This document shows, piece after piece, positions 8,803 through 20,000 of a stretch of DNA of 64,000 bases. The number at the start of each line of letters is the position of its first letter. Within the stretch, counting starts at the first letter, position 1. The notes under the pieces are model-generated. The model searched no databases. It saw nothing but the letters and a program-made list of their open reading frames with translations, and was not told where the DNA came from. The DNA is from an uncultured archaeon (GTDB lineage: Archaea; Thermoplasmatota; Penumbrarchaeia; JASLWR01): contig CAYFHS010000002.1 of the NCBI GenBank assembly GCA_964342815.1, positions 248,790-312,789 of the forward strand, read 5' to 3'. A program made the position numbers and the translations under genes.

Positions 8803-11800
8803 TCACCCCATCTTCCCCTTCACCCCGCAGCTCGGGCACTTGATCTTCTTCGCATTCTTTTCAACGAAGAACGATGCATCGCATTTCGGGCATTCCACCT
8901 TTTCGGCCGCACCGGACAGTTTATCGAGTATCTCCTTTTTGGACACTTTCGTCACTGTCTTCTTCCGGCCCGCGTCCGCCGGTGCAGGGGGAAGTTTTTT
9001 CGGTTCGGGCGGCTGCTGTCTCTTCTTGAGTTTATCGAACTCCGCCGCCGGAACGTCTCCCCTGGCGCCGCAGTGCGGACAGGTGATATTCTTTCTGGTT
9101 CTCGTGGTAAAACCCTTGTTGCACTTTGGACACCTTATCTTGACCCCGTCATCGATTATCTCCGACGCGGTTTTTGCCGGGAGAAGCTTTTCTTTTTTTG
9201 CCGGTGCCGTCTTTTTCCTTTTCCGCTCGCTCAATGCCCAGTCCTTTCTTTTCTGCAGCAGCTCGGGAACTTCAGTGGTGATAGTTCCGGTGGCCCCGCA
9301 CTGGGGGCACTTCATGGCCAGCGGTCTCTCGCCGTAATCAAGCACGTCAAAGGTCTCGCTGCACTTTGGGCATATTATCGGCTGGGTGATAGGTTCGATA
9401 AGCTCCGTAATGGGAACGTCCTCTTCTATCTCTACCTCTTCCTCCACCACCTCCGCAACCTCCTCGACATCCACTTTCACCGAGCCAGCCTCCAGCTTTC
9501 CCACTGCTCCTCCCCGTTTCCTTTTCTTGATCACCACTATCAGAAATACAACAATGACCAAAATGATACCTATGAAACCGTACTGGTACATGGCGCCCCC
9601 GGGGATGAACGGAATGAATTTCATCCCATCATCCGCAGTTTCCTCAGGTTCCGGCTCGACGGGTATTGGGGCTCTGCGGGTTATGTTTACCGAATCATAC
9701 GCTGTATAACCGGGATAATCGTCGTTGATTATTTGGGCGAATATCTCGTAGTCTCCTTTGGATTTCATGTTAAAGGTGGTGACGATCTCCTCGAAGTCCT
9801 CCGTGAACTCCTGCGAATCTATCTCCTCATCTTTCATTTTAAGGATGATCACCACCTTATCGATAAAATCGCCTTCCGCCTCAACCGTGACATCGACGTT
9901 TCGCGTCTTGTATGGGAATTTTTTACCGTCACCAGGGTTTGTGATCTCGATGGAAGGAGTGTCCAGTATCACCTCGTCCCCTCCCGCTTTAATTACCGTC
10001 ACATCGAGGGTGACAGTATCATTGCCGCCCTTCTTGTCGTCCACCGTGAGCGTAATGACGTATGTGCCTTCGAGATCGTAGACGTGGGTTACTTCTTTTC
10101 CGTTTTCTTCTTCCGTAATGCCGTCTGAATCGTCGAAATCCCAGGTGAAATCGAGGTCGTCCTCATCTTCATCCTCGGAATCCTCAGCTGTAAGGACTAC
10201 CTCGGTCCCCTCCTTTATCTCACCGGTATTTTTCAGTTTGATATGAGCCACCGGCGGCGTGTTGATTAAAACCGTCAGCGTGTCATTCGCACTGGCTCCT
10301 TCCCCATCCGTAACCATGAGAGTCACAGTGTATTCGCCGGCATCTTTATACGCATAAACGGGAGCCGCTCCGGTCTTCGTCTTACCATTGCCCATATCCC
10401 ACGAGTAGGTGAGATTGTCCACCTCGTCCCCGTCAATAGCTCCGTTCCCGTCAATGTCGTCGTCCGGATCGAAACTGCCGCTGCTATCGAATTTTATATC
10501 GTCCTTAATATTGCCGAGGATATCCTCTCCGGCCTCGGAGATCGGGGGAGTGTTTCTTACTATAATGACGACGTCCAGCTCCGTAGAGTCCTTCCCGTTG
10601 CGGCCGTCGAGAACCCAGAGTATCACTATATACTCACCGGCTTCCTCGTATGTGTGTTCAACCTCTTCCTCCACTGCGTCGATCTCACCATCGCTTTCGA
10701 AATCCCAATTGTATTCCAGTTTGTCCCCGTCCTCGTCGCTGGAGTTCCCTGCGAAGAAGGTCATGGGCTCATCAACATATCCTGCGGAAGTACCTATGAG
10801 TACGGCTATTGGCGGTTTGTTGACGATGATGATCTGGTCGTCGGTGTCATTGCCGCCGAAAGGATCCGAAACGGTCAGGTTGACGGTGAACTCTCCCCGC
10901 TTTGTGAATTTATATGTGGGGGAAACGCTCTGCGAATCCACCTCGCCGTCACCGTCGAAATCCCATGCAAAATGGAGAGGATCTCCTTCTTTGTCGGTCC
11001 CGTTACCGTTGAATTGAACCGTTGTGTTGACATTTATTTTATTATTATCGACATTGATCCTTGCCTTAGGTGCAATATTTTCGACGATCTCGATGTCAAT
11101 GGTATCCGTGTCGTTTGCAGCACTTGGATCCTCTACCATGAGCGTGGCCACGTATGCCCCCGTGCTGTTGAAGGAATGTTTTGGAGTCTTGTTGAAATCG
11201 TCCCAAACTCCGTCGGACTCGAAGTCCCACCTGTACGAAAGCGAATCCCCGTCCGGGTCGGAGGATTCCGAAGCATCGAAGGTGACTTCCTCGTTAACCC
11301 TGGCATCGGTCTTGCTCACGTTAGCACTGGCATTGGGCGCTTCGTTTGGCGTAAGGGTGACAAAAATGGTGACCTTTGCTGTAGAGCTTGCACCGTGAAT
11401 GTCCGATACTGTAAGCGTTATATTATGTGTACCGGCCAACAGGTTTCTCGAAAAGACCGGCTGTGTTGAGAGCTGGCCTGCCTTGTCCGATCTCCAGACG
11501 TAGCCGTCCAGTTCCTCGTTCCCGTTGGGATCCGTAGTGGCGCTCCCGTCAAAACTTATGGAGTCGGATGTGAAGTAGTTTTCACCGTCTGCGGGAGAAC
11601 TTATTATGGTCTGAGGCGGCGAATTGCCAGAGAAGGAAAGCGCGTAAACGTCCTTGTTCCCGGGCTCAATAGAGTCCCAGGTGACCCAGAAACCGCCCTT
11701 AGCGTCCTGGAAGATACAGGGATCGACGTTGTTCCGGAAATCAGTCGGTACAACCTTTGGCTGTGAGTAATGGATCAGGTCGATCGAATCGGAGAGATGA

Positions 11801-13977
11801 AGCGTATCCGTATCATCAGAGTACACAAGCCTGTACATAGCTGTGCTGTCCTGCATCACCGACGGAAAGTAATTATCCTTCACCGTGAAAGTTATCCGGC
11901 TTGCCGTAGAGAAGTTCGCCAGACCCAGGAACACGGTTTGCCAGATCTCGAAATTCCCAGTCCTGTCGCTTGAGAACAACACGGAAATATTTCCATTTTT
12001 ACCTTCCACCAGAGACGGCTCCCTGCTGCGGGAAAGACCTGTGGTGGCAGTTAGAGGCTGCGATAATGATGACAGGGAGTTTCCATATGCTATCCGAATG
12101 GATGTTCCCACTGGTGCAGGCTCATTTATGGAGTACGCCAGGAATATCTTTCCGTCAGCGCGCTGGAAAATGCAGGGATCCATTTCGTCGTATGGGCTGG
12201 TGGTCATCCGGACCGGGGCCGACCAGTATCCGCCCCATTGTGAATATCTAACATAGATGTCGAAGTTTCCCGATGCATCGGAACTGTATGCCAAAGCGTA
12301 GCTCATATTGTCCAGTTGAATCAGTGAAGCTTCCCTTTCGGTGGAAGGCTCATCGGTTACCCGGATGGGAGCGCTCCAGTCTATACCATCCACCGAACTC
12401 TTGAGGAAGATGTTCCAGTTTCCGTCCCTGGAGCTTGACCAGGCGCACCAGAATACGCCGTAATCGTCGAATATGGTGCTCGATCCAACGTCCGGGGACT
12501 GGTGAGATGTGATCTGCTTGGGTCTGGAGAATTCCTTTATCATCAACAACCTTGAATCCGAATTTGACCATGAACCGTTGTTATCCTTTACCCTGAGATA
12601 GATGGTGTGGTTGCCCGGCATGAGAGAATTCATTGTAAAGTTCTGCTTGTTGGACAGCTGACCGCCTATGGAGGAAGACCAGCTCCATTCCACTATGGTC
12701 CCGTCATCGTTTCCCTGGCCCTTGAACTCGATGTTATCCAGCTTGAAAGCCGGGTTCGGCAATATGGAGAGGATACTGCAGGTGGGTTTGGGGTTGATAC
12801 CAACATTATTTACCGTTACCTGGAGGGATCGGACCGCGGACTCGTCGAGAGAATCGTTGGCCTTGGCGGATATCATATGAACGCCATTGGTCTCGAGAGT
12901 GGTATCCCAATTAAGAAGCCAGTCATCCGTCCCCACGGCCCTGTGCCACATGCCGCCGTCAAAACTTATCCATACACTGTCAATCAGGTCTCCATCGTCC
13001 TCATCCGCTGCCGTCCCGGAGATCGCCACGGTGGAATTTACTTCCTGGCCATCAGTTGGGTGGGTGATGGTCACCGTAGGGGGTTTGTTTTCCTTCACCG
13101 TAACAGTACAGCTGTCCAATGCCTCGGCCCCATCATCATCTGTCACCTTCAGGGATGCCGTGAACACCCCAGGATCCACATAACGGTGGCTGGTACGCCC
13201 TCCCATTGCAGAAGCCCAATCGTAGTTGCCGTCACTTTCAAAATCCCACTCGTACTGGGTGATATAACCATCAGTGTCGGCTCCCGTCCCCACCAGATCG
13301 GCAACCTCACCTTCACGAATGGAAATGTCGCTGCCCGCATCCGCCACCGGGGGATAGTTCGCGTCGTAATAGTCTATCTCCAATGCCGAGTCGTAGAGGA
13401 CGGAATCGTAGAGAAATTCAAGATCATTGCTGGTGGTCTGGGCGGTGATCTCAAGCTCCAGTTTGGAGTTCTGCATGATGTAGGTGGAGGGTATGTCGAA
13501 GGTGGCAGTGCCGGTCCGAGTCCTGAGTCCGGATAGGCCCCGGAGAGTAATTGTGTTGTTCTTTATCTGTGCCCCGGATCCCTTGAGGGTAAAGTTTAAC
13601 TGCATGGATGCCACAGGTAGGAACCTCGTATTCAAAAGAGTATAGCTAACGGTGACCTCGCCCTTTACCTCCGCCCGGTATTCGGGAATAGAGTGGCTCC
13701 ACAGGCCCACCTGGCTCCACTGAGCGCCAGGACTGGCCCGGTCAATGGAGATTCTCTGAGGGGTGCTGCTTGTTGGATTTTCCCGGGATAGCTGGCTCGA
13801 ACCCCGAAGATAGAACGTGCTGATGTCTCTCCCAGCTCTCTCGTTTCTGGTGCCCCCGGTTGAGGCAGGTATAATGGGGAAGATGTTTGCTATCAGCAAT
13901 AGGACGGTGACTGTGGCCATAAGCAGTCTAAATGCGGATGTGTTATTGGTCACGCTGAAAAAATATCTTATTTTCAT
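8803..13977 (-). CDS. PKD-repeat cell-surface protein with beta-propeller insert, C-terminal TM and cytoplasmic triple Zn-ribbon tail
   Basis: multiple PKD signatures (YxWDF..DG, PxHxY...GxYxVxLxVxD); repeated SSRDGNWNIF/SSDASGNFDIY/SSDRTGNFEIW blades; TM GFIGIILVIVVFLIVVI-KKRKR; three CPKC..CPxCG units; start probably ATG 13977 (ORF track starts 14004). Confidence 0.88.
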   Translation of the reverse strand: MKIRYFFSVTNNTSAFRLLMATVTVLLLIANIFPIIPASTGGTRNERAGRDISTFYLRGSSQLSRENPTSSTPQRISIDRASPGAQWSQVGLWSHSIPEYRAEVKGEVTVSYTLLNTRFLPVASMQLNFTLKGSGAQIKNNTITLRGLSGLRTRTGTATFDIPSTYIMQNSKLELEITAQTTSNDLEFLYDSVLYDSALEIDYYDANYPPVADAGSDISIREGEVADLVGTGADTDGYITQYEWDFESDGNYDWASAMGGRTSHRYVDPGVFTASLKVTDDDGAEALDSCTVTVKENKPPTVTITHPTDGQEVNSTVAISGTAADEDDGDLIDSVWISFDGGMWHRAVGTDDWLLNWDTTLETNGVHMISAKANDSLDESAVRSLQVTVNNVGINPKPTCSILSILPNPAFKLDNIEFKGQGNDDGTIVEWSWSSSIGGQLSNKQNFTMNSLMPGNHTIYLRVKDNNGSWSNSDSRLLMIKEFSRPKQITSHQSPDVGSSTIFDDYGVFWCAWSSSRDGNWNIFLKSSVDGIDWSAPIRVTDEPSTEREASLIQLDNMSYALAYSSDASGNFDIYVRYSQWGGYWSAPVRMTTSPYDEMDPCIFQRADGKIFLAYSINEPAPVGTSIRIAYGNSLSSLSQPLTATTGLSRSREPSLVEGKNGNISVLFSSDRTGNFEIWQTVFLGLANFSTASRITFTVKDNYFPSVMQDSTAMYRLVYSDDTDTLHLSDSIDLIHYSQPKVVPTDFRNNVDPCIFQDAKGGFWVTWDSIEPGNKDVYALSFSGNSPPQTIISSPADGENYFTSDSISFDGSATTDPNGNEELDGYVWRSDKAGQLSTQPVFSRNLLAGTHNITLTVSDIHGASSTAKVTIFVTLTPNEAPNASANVSKTDARVNEEVTFDASESSDPDGDSLSYRWDFESDGVWDDFNKTPKHSFNSTGAYVATLMVEDPSAANDTDTIDIEIVENIAPKARINVDNNKINVNTTVQFNGNGTDKEGDPLHFAWDFDGDGEVDSQSVSPTYKFTKRGEFTVNLTVSDPFGGNDTDDQIIIVNKPPIAVLIGTSAGYVDEPMTFFAGNSSDEDGDKLEYNWDFESDGEIDAVEEEVEHTYEEAGEYIVILWVLDGRNGKDSTELDVVIIVRNTPPISEAGEDILGNIKDDIKFDSSGSFDPDDDIDGNGAIDGDEVDNLTYSWDMGNGKTKTGAAPVYAYKDAGEYTVTLMVTDGEGASANDTLTVLINTPPVAHIKLKNTGEIKEGTEVVLTAEDSEDEDEDDLDFTWDFDDSDGITEEENGKEVTHVYDLEGTYVITLTVDDKKGGNDTVTLDVTVIKAGGDEVILDTPSIEITNPGDGKKFPYKTRNVDVTVEAEGDFIDKVVIILKMKDEEIDSQEFTEDFEEIVTTFNMKSKGDYEIFAQIINDDYPGYTAYDSVNITRRAPIPVEPEPEETADDGMKFIPFIPGGAMYQYGFIGIILVIVVFLIVVIKKRKRGGAVGKLEAGSVKVDVEEVAEVVEEEVEIEEDVPITELIEPITQPIICPKCSETFDVLDYGERPLAMKCPQCGATGTITTEVPELLQKRKDWALSERKRKKTAPAKKEKLLPAKTASEIIDDGVKIRCPKCNKGFTTRTRKNITCPHCGARGDVPAAEFDKLKKRQQPPEPKKLPPAPADAGRKKTVTKVSKKEILDKLSGAAEKVECPKCDASFFVEKNAKKIKCPSCGVKGKMG

Positions 13978-14098
13978 TTTATTTGATCCCCCAGTGCTTT
14001 TCAAGGAGTAGATTATCTACCCCGCCATGGGAATACAGGCTCTGGAGATACCCTTACCTGTATCACTGTATATAATTATTACCCAATCTTCAATATCA

Positions 14099-17000
14099 TC
14101 ATAGTTCGATATGGAAATCTTCATCATCATAATCATCATCTGCCGTTTCCGTCTCACCTACTTCCTGTACCGGGATTTTTCCTTCGACTGGACCGTCTTT
14201 CCCTCCGATTGCTTTTTCCGTTTTTCTTGTGCAGTCCCATGGGACTTTTCCATTGGCGTTACCCTCCTCGGCTTCCGGCACCGTGACGTAGTTATCCGAT
14301 CCGCTGTTCTCATCTCTATGTATGTCACTTGAAATATCCTTCGATGATATTTCCTCCTCGTTGCTTTCGATCTCCGTGAAGCCAATGCCGCAGTTCGGAC
14401 ATTCTCCCACTCTCTCGAAACATGCCAGGTGATATTTTTTCCCACATGAACAGGTCACCAAAGGAAGTCCTGTCTTTACGATACCGAAACAGATGCTGCA
14501 TGAGACCGATTTCTCGGCAGGTGCCACCCGCCCCTTATTTACCTCTGCGTTTTCGGTTGACGTTAGGATTTCCATGTGCTCGGCAGCTCCGTCCTCAATC
14601 CTTCCCACAAGCTCTCCTTCCTCATTCGACGGCATCTTGGCCCTGATCCTAGTGACACCGCCTTTCAAAGTTCCACTGCCCCCTTTTTCCGATAAATGAT
14701 CAGGGGCCACTACCACCGGTCCCCTTGATTCCGATTTCCTGGTATATCCGTAATGTATTCCATTGGGTTCCAATTCGATCTCGGATCTGTCTTCCATGAC
14801 ATCATTGGCGATGCCGTGGGAGGGAATATATTCGATTTCCGGCTCCAGCACTTCCTCCTCGCCATCTTCCCGATCTTCAGGATCCGGATCTTCGCCTGCC
14901 CCGTCCCCTTTTTCAGGTACGGATCCGCTCCGACTTTTTCTTCTATGAAAAAGGAAAATGAGCACGACCAGCAGGATAAGTATGAAGATACCCCCGCCGA
15001 TCCACAACCATTCCAGTCCCCCACCGCCTCTTTTATCTTCATCATCCTTATCGTCAATGTCGTCGTCATCCGACCCCACCACCTCATCAGTTAGCAAAAT
15101 GTTAACATTCAGTTCACGCTTACCACCGACGAAGGCTGCAGTTATGTTCAGCGGGTAATTGCCGATATCGAGCTTTGTCGTGTTGTGAATATTAATCTGT
15201 ACCCCGGTCTGTCCGCCCCTTGGAACGGTGATGCTCCGATTGAATGACACATGCCCCCACAGTGGACCGGTGATAGAGAGCTTAACCTCTATGTTGGTGT
15301 TCCCGAGATTAACCAGAGTGAGATTCAAGGTGGTATTCCGTCCTCTTATTATCACAAGGTCGTCGGAATTGAAATGAATGTCAAGGTTGTAAAGTACCTC
15401 GTACGAGCTGTCCAGGGTAAAGTTCCAGACCCCTGACGAGCAGATACCGGGTATCTCGCCGGCAAGGGGAATAACCTTCCACCAGTAAACGGACTTGTCT
15501 TCGAGGTCAGTTAGCAGGTACCACGTTCGGGTGCTGTTGCCCAGTTCTTCAAGAGTATGTTTTTCATTGCCGAAATATATCTGGTATGTCAGAGATGGAA
15601 GGGGATTGATCACCCTCCACGACAGGTTTACATCGGTGGTATTCACTGCAGCGCCATTTTCAGGAAAGAGAAGTTCCACCTGCGGCATGGCGGAAGTATT
15701 GATGATGAAGCTCCATGTACTGCCGGTGCTCAGGGCGGAATTCTCACCGTCGTTACCCACGACGTACCAATAATAAGTCGCCCCGTCCTCAAGGTCCCTA
15801 ACGTCGAGTTTGGAAGATTCCAGACTCCCCATGTAGAAACCGGGTGGATCGCTTTTGGACAGATAAACCTCGAAACTTGTGTTTTCGTCATCGACATCGA
15901 TGAAATCCCATGAAAGTGTAACGTCTCTCGAAAATAATATACTGTTGTTTGCAGGATGAGTCAGGGTGACCACCGGCGGATCATTCACCGGGGTTACGGT
16001 GACGGGTAAGGATATGCTGGATGAATTTGAGCGATTTTCAGCCTCGAACACTGTGGCGTTTAACATGATGTTGCCAAAGTAATCTTTTTTTGGTATGATT
16101 GTGATGTGATGGTCATGGTCCAAGGATGCAGTTATATTTTCATCATCGCACGTTACAGAGAAATCCAAAGTGTCCTTCTCATCGTCGGTGACATATGATC
16201 CCAGGGAGTAATGGGTGGTCATTTCCCGGTCTTCTTCCAAAACAATGGCCGGGGGAAATTTGCGCCATGCGGGAAGGTCGTTCACTTCGAAGACGGTGAC
16301 GTTGAAAATATTGCTCGTGGCCATTCGTCCATAGAGATTGGTGCACTTCACCTTGAATCTGGTTATACCGGTCCAGTTCACGGAAAGGGATATTACGTTG
16401 AGCCATTTCCCTTCAACTTCCGAAGTGATGTTGGCATCGTCAAACCCAGTGACGTTATAGATCGGATCCCTTATTCCGGAATAGGGGTCGCTGAAATGAT
16501 GATCAAGGTTCAAAAGGTTCTTAGTAAGGTTCTCTTCAGGAATCATGAGATCTGGAATATCTTGCATCAATTTCGGGGATTTCTCCGGGGTCCAGTTCAG
16601 CGCCCAATCAATTAACATAGGTGTACGGGTACGATTTGATCCCATAAATCCTTCAAGGTATACCACTGGATGTTCCCACGTGTTTATTTCCAAGAGGTCA
16701 AGGGAAATTGTGCCGGACGTCCCGTTGTCCCACGCTAATGGCTGCCCCGTGGCCGCGTCGTGAATGGACAGGTTCAACATGGTACCGTTATCTACCCGGC
16801 GGCTTGCGTGGAAAACATCCCAGGTGTTATTTTCCGGTACGAAGATATTCGCGGAACGGAAAGTGGAGTTTTTGTGCCCCGTGGAAGCACGATCCATTAT
16901 CTCACTGGGTCCCATTGCCCGGTCGTAAAGGATCATCTCGTCCATGATGCCCTGAAAAGAGCTGTTTTTCATACCTGCGGGATAGCCGCCATCGCTTTCC

Positions 17001-20000
17001 TGAGAGTGCATATCGCCACCTATCAGAAAACCCGTAAGATCCGGACGGATGCTTTGAGAAACGGAGCCGCACGGGAACCCGTCGTTATAGACCGTGGTAT
17101 TCCGCTCATCCACGACGAAAGCCAGGTGCATCCATTCACTCGCGGAAAATCGTCGGAGCGCAGAAACGGTAACGTTTGTCGGCACTCCGAACACTCCCCC
17201 GGCGGCGGACGTGGCGGCAAAGAAATGACCGAACGAGCTTTCCATAAGGGAATATGTTTCACCGCCGCCGAGGCCGGCGCACAGCCTCCACGTTCGTCCC
17301 CCATCAGTGGATTTTACAATCCCCGAAACAATTTCTCCGGTACCTGCGTAGATCGTTCCATCATAAGTCTCCACCAGGGAATATACGGCATGGCCGGGGA
17401 TACCCATAGTGGTCATATTCCAGCTCCCGCCTCCGTTTTCGGACCTGTAAACCCGGGCTCCGGAATCCTTGTACGGAAGCTCCCCGCCGGCAAGTATTAC
17501 CCCGTCGCTAGTTTCCAGCAGCGAATGGATTATCAGCGGCTCTCCATCATAGGCGGTGGCCTGCCAGGTATCGCCGCCGTCCCTGCTCCGAAAAATCGAG
17601 CCCAGATAATTCGTACCGGCGAAGATGGATCCGTCAGAGCTTTCCATCAGTGAATTCACCGCCAATGTCCCTGCGGGAAAGGGGCCGGTGGCTTCCCATG
17701 ACGCTCCTCCGTCCCTTGACCGATAAACTTCACCGGGGACGCCTTCCGTCCCGGCGTAGAGCAGACCCCTGGAGCTCTCCATTAAACAATTGATAGAATG
17801 GGGTGATTGCGTTCCCACGGTGCCCATATCCACCCAGTTCAATCCCCCTGTATTCGTTCTGAACAGCTTTCCGTTGGGTACCGTCCCGGCAAAGATCGCA
17901 CCTCCGGATGCCTGGATGAGAGTAGAGACGTTGGTAGCCCCTGTAAGGCCTCCCGTATTCGTCCAGGTCGCACCATGGTCCAGGCTCTTGAAAACGTCGC
18001 CGTTGGGAGTGGTTCCCGCGTATACAGTGCCGTCTGAGGATTCGAGAAGTGCCCTTACGGACCCGATCCCTGTCAACTCACCGGTAGTTTTCCAGTTCGA
18101 ATCGTTCATCCGATGGCTGATGATGAAGCTGTCGTTTGCTGTGTTGTACATTGCCGTCGTGTCGTTTCCCGTGAACAGACGGTACAGCATCTGTGAACTG
18201 TCATTCGCCGGGAAATCAGGTTTTATACGCATCTCCACAGTCAGCTGTTCATATATTCCCAGCTTACCCGCCCTCACCAGATCATTACTTCCGTCGAATT
18301 TAAGCCCGCCACCGTAGAATCCTTTGGACCTGATTGGCCCGAAAATCGCCCCGTGATTCCCATTACCAGACATGTCCGCTGCCACATCCCCCGCTCCCTG
18401 GTCAAAATGCCAGGCGGCGGAAACGTTTGGGCCGGGAATAGCAGTGTTCGCAGCCAGGGAAAGACTTCCTCCTGCTGTAAGGTTTTCGTAGTCCTCGAGG
18501 CGGGTCGAGGTGATAAAACTGTCACGCCATGCGTTCTCCGCCCGCCATTCCAGACCCCACGATTCCAGTAACGGTTTAATTGTACCTTTAGCTGTGAACC
18601 ATCCCCGTAGTCTGATTGAGGAAATATTCAAATCGTTAAGAACGGAAATATCCGCACTATGCGTGGATATATTTTCGAATCCAGGTATTGGGGTACCGGA
18701 GGCAGCATTCAAGATAGTAACGTTCAGACGGGTATCCTTGGGTTCAGATTTTGCATGACCAAGATGGGACCAGTAAAACGACGGCGGGCGCTCAACTACC
18801 ACAGACTCCAATGAAGTGGTGATATTGGCTTTTTCGGTATGACCAAGATGTACCATTGGTTCCTGCGAAACGTGGTTGCGGATATTGAAGTTGTCGAGAT
18901 AAAATTTGTAGGCATGCCCATTTCCAAGGCCGGTATTCGTAGCATTGTAATAACCGAAAATTACGTAAAAACCGTGCTCAAGAGAGTTGTTCAGGGTCAG
19001 TGCAGCTTGAAATTCATTTTTGTAATATAGCTCGACCTTTGTATCGTCCAGCACGTCCAGCCTTAAGTTTCGAAAAGAACTCCATTCTCTGCCAATGGAA
19101 TTGTTTTCGAAAAGTGAATTTCCGTCCCCGTTGTTCTCCCCCGCTTGAAGGACGGGTGTTAAAAAATTGATGGAATACGACAGGTAAATGTTTTCTACCA
19201 CGGGTGCCTGGGGATGGTAATTGGGGGCCACCAGCAGTATCCTGGCATCCATGGCATCAAAAAGATTATTTTCATTCTTCACAACCATTTGGTCGTATGA
19301 AATTGACGTTCCCGGGAAATAGATATCGCGGCTCATTACGGCGTATCCGTCCAGACCCAGTTCACGGTTCCGGGTCGATTTCAGGCTGCCGCCGTAGTCC
19401 GGGACCAGCGTATTCTCCGCCGTACCGAAAGAATAGGAGATCAGCTTGCCGGTCAGGTTTTTTCCACTGCAATCCTCGAATAGCGAGAAAACCGTGCTGC
19501 CGTTACTCCGGCTTTCGGCAATGGGATTCCCGTAATACATCCGGACCTTGCGTTCTCCGTTTGCAGGTATGTTCGGAATCTTGAGCAAAATGCGGCTTTC
19601 GCCGCTTGCGTTCCATTTCTCGATCCAGTATTCATAATTATTTTCATCACTGTCCACGAACCTGATATCGCTGCCATTTGCATCCGCTTTCGTATAATTG
19701 AAATTCGTGAGGTTGAAATTTATCTTTACCGGGTAATCTGTTAGATTCCCACCCCTTTGGTCCTGTATGGAAATCTCCTGGCGGTAATTCCAGTTGAAGT
19801 CCCACCAGTCCATCTTGACCCTGCTGCCGCGTACCTGGAAATCGGAGTAGTTCGCGAGGCCCGTTTCGTCATTAAAATCGTCAAACCAGCTCCCACCCAT
19901 GGAGTGATTTTCAATAACGACCGAAGATCCGCGCGGTTTGGGAGATAATGGAGATAGCTTTTCGTTAGACAGGTTGCCAGGGCTGGTGATTTGGTCAGTG

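Noticed and set aside
8788-13536. Long plus-strand ORFs (446, 309, 271 aa and others) opposite the PKD gene, and similar antisense ORFs over acsAB, dnaK and asnS
   Set aside because: Antisense shadows of genuine genes, with no motifs
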